DNA of 64,000 nt from the human T2T-CHM13v2.0 reference genome, Homo sapiens (GCF_009914755.1 NC_060928.1); one strand, 5' to 3'. Positions 1 to 28,095 are shown, counted from the first letter of the stretch. Notes: generated from the letters alone by a model not told the origin. Program-made: numbers and translations.

Positions 1-2390
<2,390 letters not shown>

Positions 2391-2399
2391 GACAAACTT

Positions 2400-3120
2400 T
2401 TCTGAAACATTTGTAAAATTTTACCCTCCCCCAATGATGAATGAGCATTCTATTGTTCTACATCCTCTCCAATGCTTGGTATTGTCCATATTTTAAATTT
2501 AGCTATTGTCCTGTGGTATCTCACTGAAGTTTCCATTTGCAGTTCCCTTAGAACTAAAGATGTTCAGCATATTTCCATGTACTGTTTGGCGATTTATTTT
2601 TTTCTTCAATAAAGAAAGCTGCTCAAAACTTTCCCCCATTTTTCAATTGATTTGCCTTCTAATTTATTGAGCTATATGAATTATCAAATATATTCATTAT
2701 GAATTTTCTCAGAGAAATGTATTGCACATATTTTCTCCCAGTCTGTGGCTTGGTTTTTCATTTTCTTAACAGTATTGTTTGAAAAGTAGCAGATTTCAAT
2801 TTTGATGAAATACAAATTATCAATTTTTTAATTTATAGTTGGTGCTTCTACTATCTTATCTAAATATAACCTTTACCTATCCAAGTCACAACAATTTTTC
2901 TTCTCTATTTTCTTTTAGAATTTTGAGAATTTTAATTTTTATATTTAGGTGTATGATGCATTTTAAGTTAATTTTGTGGTTGGTATGAAGCAAAGATCAA
3001 GGTTCACTTTATTCCATGTGGATATTTGGTGGCTTCAGCACCATCTATGGAAAGGCTGTCTTTTTCACATAGAACTATTTTTGCACCTTCGTAAAAAGAT
3101 CAATTGGCTATTTATGTCTG
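2400..3120 (-). mobile_element. Ancient L1M fragment (antisense)
   Basis: Antisense ORF2 3' motifs (catcctctccaatgcttggtattgtc; ttttctccccagtctgtggctt; cagcaccat). Confidence 0.65.
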
Positions 3121-3875
3121 TACTAAAGGTTACTGGTTAAGAACTCAGCCACTGGAATTTGATTATCTGAGTTTAAATCCTGTTTCAACCATTTATAGGA
3201 TGGCGACCCAACCTCAGTTTACTCATTTTGTTCCATGAAGAAATAAGCGGGGAGAGCTAATGTTCAAAGGCCCTCAGTAATATGACTACCCTAAATCTAC
3301 AAATCTAGGTTTGTGGAAGAGCTGGGATTTGACCCCAAGTCATTTGACTTTCTGTTTATAACTAATTGGACTTTAGTACACTGCATTTTTTAAATGATTC
3401 TTTCAAATCCTTTTCACAACTTTGGAAAAATGCTTATGCTTCCTCAAGTTGACTTTTCATACACTTACACGTGAGAAAAGCAAGCTATTTACCTCTTCAT
3501 GGGAATAAAATCTTACTCTTTGTAATTTCTGCAGAAGAATTTTAAGCCCAAAATATTCACTTGGGATTTCCAGAATATAATCCTTATTTTTGATTACTCA
3601 TTTCATGTATCTCTTCTGTTTTTATTTGTGTGTGTGTGTGTTATCATTGTCTAGTAGCTTAAGATAACAAGCTCCAAGTAGATTCGGATATGCAAGTGTT
3701 CCAAACAGATAAATAAAATTGATTAATAATTGATACAAGTAGCTATTGTTACTTTTGAAGTAGTATGGCCTTTAAAATTCTTTGGATAAAGATAACTCAT
3801 CTCTAACTCCAGGATTGTGAGCTTCTAAATAAAAGCTAAAAGCTTGGAGTGTCAAATAATCCCAGAGAATTTCAT

Positions 3876-4265
3876 GGAAAAAAAGGAGGATGAGGAGGAG
3901 GAGGAGAAGGAGGAGGAGGAGGAAGGGGAGAAGGAGGAGGAGGAAGAGGAGAAGGAGGAGGAGAAGAAGGATGAGGAGAGGAGAAGGAGGAGGAGGAGGA
4001 AAAGGAGGAGGAGGAGGATGAGGAGAAGGAGGAGGATGAGGAGGATGAGAAGAAGGAGGATGAGAAGGAGGAGGAAGAAAAGGAGGATGAGGAGAAGGAG
4101 GAGGAGGAGAAGGAGGAGGATGAGAAGGAGGAGGATGAGGAGGAGGAGGAGAAGGAGAAGGAGGAGAAAAAGGAGGAGGAGAAGGAGGAGGAGGAGAAGG
4201 AGAAGGAGGAGGAAGAGGAGAAGGAGGAGGAAGAGGAGAAGGAGGAGGAGGAGAAGAAGAAGAGA
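3876..4265. repeat. ~390-bp purine-rich (GAG/GAA/GAT)n triplet tract
   Basis: Directly visible; almost only G and A on the + strand; explains the poly-E/poly-R/poly-L ORFs in the track. Confidence 0.97.
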
Positions 4266-4814
4266 CAACAGAGTCAGAGTCCCTTTCACACTAGGATTTC
4301 TCTCTTTCATTCTGGAAGTTTTACTTCTAATATTACAAAGGACTTCATTGAAGCCAAGCGGAAAGTTGAACTTGTGACAAGAGTGTGTATGCTGTGAGAA
4401 TGAAACTGTACTCTAAGCAAACTTGGTTTGGCAAAGTATGTAAGAGGACACAGCATAACTTTTTTTTTGACATTTGAAGTATCTACTTTTTTCTTTGATA
4501 AACGTGGACTCAAAAATTTAAACAAGAGTCCAGTACATTTTGAAAACTTCTCTCTTGCAAAGAAAAAGTGTCATATAGGAGAACTTTGCTTCCCTTAGCA
4601 CAGCAGAACACAGAACCTCTGTGGCCAATCTAGAGATTTGAGGAGGCAATATGAAAAGGTGGTTATCTAATTCTAAGTGTTTGATTCTGATCCGCCTGAG
4701 TTTCCTCTTCTCAGGTCTTTCTCACTGGGGCCCCGATTCATATTGTCATGCTGACTTCATTGGTTCTTGGAGTTCGTTTTAGTTTGGATTCAACGGAAAT
4801 TAAAACCATAAAAC

Positions 4815-5050
4815 ACAAAAAAAATTCAGACGCATGCTACAACATGGATGATCCTTGAGGATCTAATGCTAAATGAAATAAGTCAGTCACAAAAGGACAA
4901 ATATTGTATGATCTTCTTCATATTAAGTACCTAGTTAGTGAAATTTTTAGCAACAAAAGGTAAAGTGGTTGTTGCCAAAGGCTGGAAGAATAGAGAGCTA
5001 TTGTTTAATGGGCACAGAGTTTTACTTTGGGAAGATAAAAAGTGCATGGA
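4815..5050 (+). mobile_element. L1M 3'-end fragment
   Basis: acaacatggatga...atgctaaatgaaataagtcagtcacaaaaggacaaatattgtatg is the typical L1M ORF2 end/3' UTR. Confidence 0.7.
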
Positions 5051-5668
5051 AAATCCCCTACCTCAGGTGCTTCTTAATGTAATTGAAACATCATGCGATA
5101 TTTAAAAAAATTATCTAATAAAAAGAAGTGAATAGACATACCCAAGAAATAGTGTTACAGTAACAGCTTAGTTTGCAGTCTTAGAAAACTTTCTCTTTGC
5201 TTGAATCTTGTATTTCCTAAAATACGTTCACCTCTAGGCAAAGAGTATCACCTGTCACCTGACATCTGGGAGTTCCTTCTGAAGCACTTCAGCTTCATAT
5301 AGTTAAAAGCAGAGACACAGTTTCCCAGTCTGTAGCTCGCAAAGTTATCTCTCACTCAGTTTGGGAAATGAGTGGAGACAATGGGTACCAACAGAGATTG
5401 TAGCTTTATATGGGCCCACCCCAGACAGCAATTAACCTCCACATAGCCACACATACAGCAACAACATAGTCATGTTAAAAACTTCCAACAATAGGTAGCC
5501 AAATCATAGAACTGTCATTTATGAAGCTCCTATTATGTGCCAAGCAGTATACTAGGTTCTTTACATGCTAAATTTTATTTAAGGCAAAAACTACATGATA
5601 TTTAAAGTAATATTCTTTAAATACCTATGAATGGATTTCACTTCTTTTTTAGAACTCAAAGTTTAAAA

Positions 5669-6163
5669 TTTTTCTTATTGTGGTAAAATATGTATAAAAT
5701 AAAATTTACCAATCTAACAATTTTCACATATATAGTTCAGCACCATTAAGTACATTCACATTGTTGTATTATTATAACCATCACCGTCACTCACACTCAG
5801 AACATTTTTATCTTTCCAAAGTAAAACTTTGCGCCCATTAAACAATAACTCTCCATTCTTCCAGCCTTTGGCAACAACCATTTTACCTTTTGTTTCTAAA
5901 ATTTTGACTAATTTAGGTACCTAATATGAGGGGGATCATACAATATTTATCTTTTTATGACTGACTTATTTCATTTGGCATAAGGTCCTCAAGGTTTATC
6001 CATGTTGTAGCATACATGTGAATTTCCTTGCATTTTATGGTTAAATAATATTTCATTGTATGTATATATTACATTTTGTTTATTTATTCATCTATTCATG
6101 GACATTTGTGTTGCTTCCACCTTTTGACTATTATGAATGATGCTGCTATGAACGTGGTTGTGC
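5669..6163 (-). mobile_element. 5'-truncated L1MB-like 3' end with degraded TSD
   Basis: ttattgtggtaaaatat...cattcacattgttgt antisense L1MB 3' end; flanked by agaactcaaagttt (5651) and agaagtcaaagttt (6164). Confidence 0.75.
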
Positions 6164-6281
6164 AGAAGTCAAAGTTTTAATAGTTCAGGAACTGTATTTA
6201 TTTGAATGCTTGTTTATAGGAGACATAAGACCCAGTGTTTCTTAGACCAGTAGAATGATCATGATTAACATTAATTGATTG

Positions 6282-6443
6282 TACATTTCAAAATAGCTAG
6301 AAGAGAATAATTCAAATATTCCTATTGCAAAGAAAAATAAATGTTTAAAGTGATGGATATTCTAATTACTGAGTTGATTAAATGAATATATCAAATTATC
6401 ACATGTACAGCAAAAATATGTACAGCTATTACGTATCAATACA
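6282..6443 (+). mobile_element. ~160-bp L1MA 3'-terminal insertion with 12-bp TSD
   Basis: tacatttcaaaatagctagaagaga... resembles the L1MA tail at 2195-2365; attaattgattg at 6270-6281 and 6444-6455. Confidence 0.75.
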
Positions 6444-8244
6444 ATTAATTGATTGATTTTAAAAAATCTGGCAATAAACTTCTTTCACAGATTTTTAGTG
6501 ATTCCTGCATTTCTTTAAACAGTTAAGTATAAAATTAGTGGTCTCCTTTATAGCTGACACTTAAACCACTTCAATACTTAGAAACAGATAATAGCATTCT
6601 TAGGGAAAGCAAAAAGGGAATATCTGTAAATACTTAAATTGAACTTGACATATAATTTATTTTTAATCAAAATATGTTAAAATGTTATTAATGTCATGAA
6701 AACACATTATTTAAAAAACTGAGACTAAAGAAGATCTTATAATAAAAGCGTATCACTTCTTTCCACACTCAGTCCCTCAATAACAAGTATTTTTAAATGT
6801 TTTAGCTATTTTGTTCTGGTAGAGAATGCCATGTCTCTAAATATTGTGTTTGAACCAAGTTTTTAAAAAATTACTTATACATATGAAATTAACCCCTGCG
6901 GAATTTCTCTATAATGACTGATAATCCAGTCCCCTTATACTTGTCTACCACTTCTGTTCTATAATCATAATTAAGTCATCTGGACTTGTTGATATGAAAT
7001 ATTTGTAAATAATTAACCGCATTTACCTAACCTATGAAAATACTGTTTACTGAAGACAGAAGTATTATATGATCATAATATTTCTTCTTTTACAGGTTTT
7101 GGCTTACTTAGAGTTTTGATTTAATTTTCCAATTAAAACTATTTTATCCTTCTTTTTTTAATTTAACTATTATATTTTCCCAAAGACCAGTGATCCAGGA
7201 CCCCTCAACTCAGGTTTTTCTCTGTCTATTTTATTCCCTGGTTGAACTTTTTATTTGCTGGAACATGTGTCTTCCCTCATTATAGGCTTATTCACTTGTT
7301 TTGTTGACACATATCTTCAGAGAACTTCCTAAGGAAGATTGTAAAGGAGAATTTTCTGAGCTTTCACATATCTGAAAGTGGTTTTTTCTTCTACCCTAAC
7401 ACATGATTGGTAGTTTTTCTGGATATAGAATTCTAGGTTGAAAATTATATTACTTCAGAGCTTCCTCTGCCTTTTAAGTGTTGCTGATGACAAAGATGAT
7501 CCCAGTCTGATGATTATTCTTCATAGTGATTTGGTTTTTCCAAAAGGAAACTTTTAACTAGACTTTCTAAATTTTCTAATGATGTACTCAGCTGTGTGGG
7601 GGTGTGTGTGTGTGATTTTACAGAACACTTGCAGAACTGCTTCAGATTGAAAATTCAACCTTCAAATCAGGAAAATTCTCTATTATTTCTTTGAGAATGT
7701 CTTGCTTTCTATTTTTCTCTATTCTTTTTTCTATAACATATTAGTAATTGGTGTCATTTTCCATGTTTATTTTCATTTTTCTTATATTATCCATCTGTTA
7801 TACTTATTTCTACTTTCTTAGATATTTGTTTTATGTTTCAAACTTTGTATAAAATTCACTACTTCACTTACCATATTTAAAATTCCTAAGAACTTATTTT
7901 TGTCCCCTAATTGATCCTTCCTCACAGCATTCCTTTTTTTATTATAAAATATCTTCCTTAATCTCTTTAAGAATACTAGGTTTTTAAAGTTCTCTTCCTT
8001 TTGAAATATGTTATAAGCTTAATTTTAAAACAGTTTTAGGTTTACAGAAAATTGTGAAGATGGTACAGGGTATTTTCATATACCTACCTCTGATTTTCCC
8101 CTATTAAAAGAATATTTTACATTGGCAGGGTGTATTTTGTCACAATTAATAGGACAATATTGATAACTATGACTAACTGAAGTCCCTAAATCAATGTACT
8201 GGTCATGCATTTTGTAGCATGTATCTCAATTAAGATTTATCTGA

Positions 8245-8918
8245 GAAATTGCTTTATGAATCTGAGTGCTCCTGTATTGGGTGCATATACATTTAGGATA
8301 GTTAGCTTTTCTTGTTGCATTGATCCCTTTACCATTATGTAATGCCCTTCTTTGTCTTTTTTGATCTTTGTTGGTTTAAAGTCTGTTTTATCAGAGACTG
8401 GGATTGCAACCCCTGCTTTTTTTTTTTTTTTTTTTTTGCTTTCCATTTGCTTGGTAAATATTCCTCCATCCCTTTATTTTAAGCCTGTGTGTGTCTTTGC
8501 ACATGAGATGGGTCTCCTGAACACAGCACACCAATGGGTCTTGATTCTTTAACCAATTTGCCAGTCTGTGTCTCTTAATTGGGGCATTTAACCCATTTAA
8601 ATTTAAGGTGAATATTGTTATGTATGAATTTGATCCTCTCCTTATGATGCTAGCTGATTATTTTGCCCCTTAGTTGATGCAGTTTCTTCATAATGTTGAA
8701 TGTCTTTACAATTTGGTATGTTTTTGCAGTGGCTGGTACCGGTTTTCCCTTTCCATATTTAGTGCTTCTTTTAGGAGCTCTTCTAAGGCAGGCTTGGTGG
8801 TGATGAAATCTCTCAGCATTTGCTTGTCTGTAAAGGATTTTATTTCTCCTTCACTTATGAAGCTTAGTTTGGCTGGATATGAAATTCTGGGTTGAAAATA
8901 ATTTTCTTTAAGAATGTT

Positions 8919-8920
<2 letters not shown>
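8245..8920 (-). mobile_element. Inverted 5' segment of an L1PA (ORF1 end to ORF2 endonuclease start)
   Basis: Minus-strand ORF AGVAIPVSDKTDFKPTKIKKDKEGHYIMVKGS...NVYAPNTGALRFIKQ is the L1 ORF2 endonuclease; continues into antisense ORF1 C-terminal sequence. Confidence 0.93.
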
Positions 8921-12867
<3,947 letters not shown>

Positions 12868-13099
12868 AAAACTTGCATAACTTTTATGCAAGTTTTAAAA
12901 ATACAAAATTTTCTCCCTAAAGTTAAAAAAAAGATTTATCTGATATTTTTCTCATAATTAGGCTAGAATTTTTGGGTTTGGAGAAGAAACCCATAGAGAT
13001 AAGAAGTCATATACTCGTTACATCACATCAAAGATATTATGTCATCTTTATCATGTCAATATGATTTATTACAATTGACGTTAACCTTGAACACCCACC

Positions 13100-14700
<1,601 letters not shown>

Positions 14701-16446
14701 CTTGGTTGCTTTTTAACTCAAATTCAACAATGATACACTGGGCAACTGCAATTAAAACTTCAGGGTACAAGTTACTTAGACTACAGAGATGATCTATTGT
14801 TCTTTTTCAAAAGGAGCTTATAATAAAATGAGGCATAAGACAAATAAAATATAAACTAAATATGGCCCTTTGGTGAAGAATGCACAACCACCAAGTAAAT
14901 GAGGTAACCCACAAATGATACCAAAGTTCAGGGGAAAACAAGGCAGTTGGATAATATACCATCATAGAAAGACAGAGAGAGGTACAGATACAGTAGAATA
15001 AAAATTAATTATTTTGGAGGTGGTAGTAAAGAAAAAGAGTAATTGTCAAATAATCCTACTTTAGAGCTGAGAATAGAAAGCCTGTTTGTAGTGGTAAGAA
15101 AAAATTGAGACATTAGAATTAAAACTTTACTCTGCTTTTCTATGAGAATGACAAAAAATATACCAGTTGGAAAGTAAAAGCATAAATTGACAAAATGACA
15201 TCAGCAATATGGTGGAGCCCTCATCTCCTCATAGAAACACTAATATAAACAATCATCCATGCATGAAAAAATCCTTCACAAGAGCTCTTAATTTCAGGTA
15301 AGAGATTATAGCATCTGAGTGTTGGACATAAATGAGAAAGAATTAATTGAAGAAGGTGGAAAGGACAGTTTTATATTGCTTGTGACGCTCTCTCCTAAGC
15401 CTACGCAGCACAGAGCCAAGAGAAACATCCTCTATGTGGGGAAGGAGAGTGGGCTAAGTATCCTACTTCACCCTGGACACTAGTACCAGGTCTATCCCAG
15501 TGAACTCTGGTGCTATCCCAACAACCTATGGCCCCAAGCTCCAGACTCCCCTTAAAGACTTAAGCTTCAGACTTGCCCCAGCACCAGGCAAATTCTCATA
15601 GCTCAGATTCCAGATTGACCATGTGAATGAATCTAAGATGTTGTTCATTCTTATGGACCCAAACCCTAGCAAGCCAACCAATAGACTACAGCAGAATGCC
15701 TGCCTGTGAACTCCACCAACTGGCCTATCTAGAATATCTGGTGGGAGTGATTGGTGAAGAGCTGTTTCTTTTGGAGCCAATGTATAAAGGCTGGAAGCTG
15801 TATCTACTTCTTCAAATGTGCAACCACAAACACAAGCCCATAATGATCACAGATAATCAGGGAAACATGACACCAATAGGAATGAGGTAAAGCATAAGTA
15901 ACTGAAGTTAAAAATCAAGATCTATGAATTGTCTAATAAAGAATTCAAAATAATAATCTTATGCAAGTTCAGTGATCTACAAGAGAACACAGATGCACAA
16001 TTAAACATAATCAGGAAAACAATATTTGAACAACATTAGAAGCTCAACAAAGAGAAAGAAACACTAAAGTAGAACCAAACAGAAATTCAGGAGCTAAAGA
16101 ATACAATAACTGAACTGAAAAATATCATACAGAGTTTTAACAGCGGATGTGATAAAGCAGAAGAAAGAATCAATTTGCTGGAAAACGGATCATTTTAAAT
16201 TACAATCAGAAGAACAATAAATAAATAATAAGAAGAAAGCCTATAGGACTTTTGGTATGACATCAAGTAAACCAAAGAATTACAAAATAGACAAAAATAA
16301 GTTTAAAAAATTTGAGAAGACTGAAATCTTTTCTACCACAATGGAATGAAACTAGAAATCAATAACATAAAAAATTGAAAGCATGAACAAATATGTAAAA
16401 ATTAAAGCCCTGGGCAACAAATGGGTCAAAAAATGAATCAAAAGGG

Positions 16447-16596
16447 AAAATATTTTGAAGTAAATGAATATTTACTTCAAAATATTTACTTAAATATTTT
16501 GTATTTTAAATACTTAAAAATATTTATTTACTTAAAATATTTTTAAGTATTTTACTTAAAGAATATTTACTTAAAAAATATTTTGAAGTAAATGAA
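16447..16596. repeat. AT-rich patchwork of direct and inverted copies of a 22-bp L1 segment
   Basis: aaaatattttgaagtaaatgaa at 16447-16468 and 16575-16596; reverse-complement copy atttacttcaaaatattt immediately after the first. Confidence 0.85.
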
Positions 16597-16645
16597 AATG
16601 GAAACTTACAATATGCAGCAAAAACAGTTATAAGAAGGAAGTTTA

Positions 16646-16946
16646 GGCTGGGCGTAGTGGCTCACACCTGTAATCTCAGCACTTTGGGAGGCCAAGGCAG
16701 GTGGATCACCTGAGGTCAGGAGTTCGAGACCAGCATGGCCAACATGTGAAACCTCGTCTCTACTAAAAATACAAAAATTAGCTGGGTGCAGTCGCAGGCG
16801 TCTGTAATCCCAGCTACTTAGGAGGCTGAGGCAAGAGAATTGCTTGAACCTGGGAGGTGGAGGTTGTGGTGAGCCGAGATCACACCATCGCACTCCAGCC
16901 TGGGTGCCAGAGAGAGACACGGTCAAAAAAAAAAAAAAAAAAAAAA
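16646..16946 (+). mobile_element. AluS
   Basis: Full Alu dimer with poly-A; TSD aaggaagttta on both sides. Confidence 0.95.
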
Positions 16947-16994
16947 GGAAGTTTACAGTACAAACACCTGCATTACGGAAAAAGTTAAATAATA

Positions 16995-17289
16995 GGCTGG
17001 GTGCAGTGGCTCATCCCTATAATCCCAGCACTCTGGGAGGCCGAGGCAGGTGGATTACCTGAGGTCAGGAGTTTGAGACCAGCCTGGTCAACATGGTGAA
17101 AACCCATCTCTACTATAAATAAAAAAATTAGCTGGGCACGGTGGCAGGTGCTTGTAATTCCAGCTACTCAGGAGCCTGAGACAGGAGGATCACTTGAAAC
17201 CTGGAGCTGGAGGTTGCAGTGAGCCGAGATCATGCCAATGCACTCCAGCCTGGGCTACAAGAGTGAAACTCCATCTCGAGAAAAAAAAA
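16995..17289 (+). mobile_element. AluS (Sq/Sx-like)
   Basis: Full Alu dimer ending caagagtgaaactccatctc plus a short A tail. Confidence 0.93.
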
Positions 17290-17504
17290 TGAACAATCTA
17301 AATTTATACCTCAAGAAATTATAAAAAGAAAACAAACTAAGCTGAAGAAAAGCAGATAAAACGAATTAAAATTAGAGCAGAAATAAATATATTGGAGACT
17401 AGAAAAACAATAGGAAAATAAATAAAATTAAGAATTGAGTTTTGGAAAGATAAACAAAATTGACAAATTTTTAGCTAGACTAAGAAAAAAAGAGGGAGAT
17501 TAAA

Positions 17505-24420
<6,916 letters not shown>

Positions 24421-24424
24421 AGAG

Positions 24425-25680
24425 GAAAAAAGAGAGAGGGCTCAAATAAAATTGTAAGTGAAAGAGACAATACACTGATATCACAAAAAAAAGAATCACA
24501 AAAGACTACTATGAACAATTATACACAAACAAATTAAATAACCTAGAATAAATAAATAAATTCCTAGAAACATACAACCTACCCAGAGTGAATTATAAAG
24601 AAATAGAAAATCTCAAAGGGCAAATAACAAGTAAGGAGAATGAATCAATAAGCAAAAATCTCTCAACAGAGACAAGCCCAGGACCTCATGACTTCACTGT
24701 TGAATTGTACCAACATTTTGAGGAGGATAAAGCCAATTCTTCCCAAAACTTGCCAAAAAACTGAAAGGGAAGAACTAATTACAAATTTATTTTATAAGGA
24801 CAGAGTTACCTTGATACTACAGCCAGAAAAGAACAGTATAAGAAAGGAAAATTATAAGCCAGTATCCCTGATAAACATAAGTGCAAAAACCTTAATAAGA
24901 TACTAGCAAACCGAATTCAACAGCACATTAAAAGAATCATATACTGTGATCAAGTGGGATTTATCCATAAGATGCAAGGATAGTTCAACATGTGTAAATC
25001 AATAAATGTGTTTCCCCATGTTAACAGAATGAAACATAAAAGTCACATGATCATCTTAATAGATGCGTAAAAAGTGTTTAAGAAAAAATCAACATTTCTT
25101 CATGATTAAAAACTCTCAGGTTAAGTACAGAAGAAATATACTACAACATAGAAAATTCTATGTATGGCAAGCTCACAGCTAACATATTCTCAACAGCAAA
25201 AAGCTGAAGCTCTAAGATCAGGACTAAGACAACATTGGCCATTCTTGCCACTACTATTCAACATAGTAATCAAAATCCTATCCAGAGCAAGCAGATAGGA
25301 GGTAGAAATAAAATGCATCCAAATCAGGAAAGATTTTACTTATCTCTGTTTGCAGAAGACAAGATCTTCTATACATAAAAACCTAAATACTCCACCAAAA
25401 ATCATTAGAATTAATAGATGAATTCAATAAAGTTGCAAGATACAAAAATCAATATGCAGAAGTTAGTTGCATCTCTATATCTTATCAACAAAAAGTGGAA
25501 ACAAACCCTTTTACAATAGCATCAAAAATAATAGGACACTTGGGAATAAATTTAATCAAAAAGGAGTAAGATTTGTTCCTGGAAAACTATAACACAGTGA
25601 TGAAAGAAATTGAAGAAGAATGACTAAATGAAAAGATATCCTCATAGATTAGAAGAATTAATAAGAAAAGATCTTCATAC
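24425..25680 (+). mobile_element. Continuation of host L1M ORF2
   Basis: Resumes ORF2 where it stopped at about 17500 (ctcaaataaaattgtaagtgaaa...; [12 protein letters not shown]; tctctgtttgcagaagac = degraded LFADD). Confidence 0.75.
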
Positions 25681-26977
25681 TCCAGGATGCCAGACTTGCT
25701 AGAGAAACTTACATTTTTGCGTGTTCCCTTATTTATATTTCAGTCTATAGTATTCTATTGCTTAAAAACACTGGATTATTTTTTAACAAAATTAACAAAA
25801 ATTGAACATTTGCACAATTTCAGGGCCAAATTTATTCCTCTGGGAAGACTATCAATGTGATACACAGAAGAGCTAGTTCTGCATTTACCATATTCCCAGA
25901 AGTACTGAAGACTTTTATTAGAATTTCCCAACTCAAAGTACATTTAATTGAACATCAGATTTAATATATTATATTATCAAATATAATAGATTTTTTATGC
26001 CCTAAATAGATTTTTTATGCTTTTGGAAATGGATTGTGAGAATGGAGGTTATAGGGGTGATTTTTGCAACTGAGCTGTGGCTATGGTTACCATAACCGCC
26101 AGCCATAACACAAAGGGTCTTTTATCTGCTGTCGAATCATTATAAGGCCCAGAGGAAATTCTCAACCTTATGAGAAAGTTAGGCAAGGCTTAAGCAGTAA
26201 TAGAAAGAAGAATGGAAAGTACCAAGACAGAATGTTGATACTGCCTCAGATAGAGTGAGAACATAACTTTTTTTTCTATTAGAAACAGGTGCCAAAGTTT
26301 CTAAGCCATTAAATCACGACATACAAAGAATAGACTGATGTTATCTATGGATGCAATAGCAGGTGTCCTGGCCATGCAACTTAAAAATTACTGGAACTTC
26401 CACCCCTCTCCCTGATCTTGAATATTTTCTTCTATTCACCTGTTACTGATTCATCACACCTTCAGTTTGGAAGTTCCTGGAAAGTGGATGACACATTCAG
26501 AGGTATATTTTATTAATATAAATTGATTTGCTAGGTAGCCCACAGAATGTACGTGAAACATCTTCTTTAAAGTATCTGTTTATGGATTGAAAACCTTTAG
26601 CAATCCCCTAGTAATAGGCCACTCAATTGGCGAGGCATACAGTTTTAAAGTCAGCCTCCTAAGAGGACTCCACTCCTACTCTTTTCCACATCAACTGGCC
26701 CACTGCTGTTATACTTTCAATTTGGTTAATCCAAATTTTCTGTTTAATATTGCTTATGTCAAGCTTCTATAAAGTTAGATGTTAAGTTGCAGAGGATTGA
26801 TAATTGCAAATTGTTTTTGTCCATTAGTAATGCAAATTGTTTCTGTCCCATAGATAAGACAACTTCAAATGTTACAATTATTTTCCTGTAGGATACTAAT
26901 CAATTTTTATCTAGTATTGCAATTTTGTTCCAGTATTCTTTTTGTCCACGATTATATAAGTCTATCTTATGTGGGCA

Positions 26978-26982
<5 letters not shown>

Positions 26983-27062
<80 letters not shown>
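26983..27062. repeat. Compound (CA)n(CT)n microsatellite
   Basis: Directly visible. Confidence 0.98.
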
Positions 27063-27067
<5 letters not shown>

Positions 27068-27639
27068 TCCCTGGAGGTAGCTTTTATCATCCCTCTAGGT
27101 TATATATCAAAATCATGAATTTAAATTGTTTTGAAAATTATATTTTGATAATAACAGGAGCCTATAACTTGAGTTACTTATCTTTTCTGGGAATTTAAGA
27201 TCTCCTTCCTCTTATTATTCTTACTACTTTATCCTTGCTTCCTCTTCTGGGGCTAAGTATTCTCCCTCTTCCCAGAAATACCTTTTGATCCCATGTTCAA
27301 GGCAACTACATTTTATTTAAAAACTAAAATACTGTACAACTCCCAAGAAAAGAGGTATAAAGTGGGTATTGAACAAAAGGTCTTATTCCAATACCAGTGA
27401 AATCAGAATTTCATCCCAGTTAGAAGTATAACTCAATTTATAACCTGTGCTCACTTAGAATATACTTGAGATGGCAGGTTACACACAAAACTTTTAGTAA
27501 AACCAGGTAATAAAAACTTAGTATGGAAAGTAGAATTTATATAGCTGTAAAAATATCCTAAATGGATGCAGGAACATAATTTAAGAAAGGTATAGCATAT
27601 GAGAAGGTACTGTGGCTATTGTCTTTGATGCACTTTTCT

Positions 27640-28095
27640 TCTGCTGGCCATACCTGTGAGGAGGCATGTTGACCCCACTCTCAGTCCATGCACTTTCTGA
27701 AAAGTTGAGTTCACTCTAGGCACTTGACTTGGGTCTAGCCAATCAGACTATCACATTCCTCTGACGACAATGGCTGACTCAGGGACAGATTTGGACTTTC
27801 ATGGAACAAAAGAAGAGTTTTGTTGGTAAATTACTGGCATGAACTCAAGAGCATATAGGGACTGAGATCACAGCCACTATCCTGCAGGCATATGGAACCT
27901 GAGAATGGAGCCAGTGTTAAGAGAGTGAGCCAAAAAAAAAAACAGGGTTTGGTGATTGACAATGGTTGGGTCCTGGGTTCTCAGCTCCACTTGAAACAAA
28001 TTTTAAAACTGCAATAATCAGTTAAATAGCCATTTAATTTCCTTTCTTACAATGTTACTTAAGGTTAGATTTTCTGACACTTGAAACAGAAAAAT
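27640..28095 (+). mobile_element. MLT1-type MaLR solo LTR (degraded)
   Basis: ccccactctcagtccatg...ctagccaatcaga...cacattcctctg and 3' end ttttctgacacttgaaacaga resemble MLT1 LTRs. Confidence 0.55.

Larger units (their letters stand above)
15197..17500 (+). mobile_element. Host L1M(A) element, 5' portion (5' UTR, ORF1, part of ORF2 with internal deletion)
   Basis: gacatcagcaatatggtgg 5' start; ORF1-like aaagaattcaaaataataatc...gcagaagaaagaatc; ORF2-like gaaactagaaatcaataac...taaacaaaattgacaaa. Confidence 0.7.

Noticed and set aside
3844-4377. 177-aa poly-Glu/poly-Arg ORF (protamine-like look) and the antisense poly-Leu ORF
   Set aside because: Artefacts of the purine triplet repeat, which lacks stop codons; no promoter, splice or family evidence
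16447-16596. CRISPR-like repeat-spacer array
   Set aside because: No constant repeat with unique spacers; eukaryotic context; explained as a templated insertion
25985-26851. Short tandem duplications (aatagattttttatgc twice at about 25985-26020; tgcaaattgttt(t/c)tgtcc twice at about 26800-26851)
   Set aside because: Ordinary slippage duplications with no sign of function
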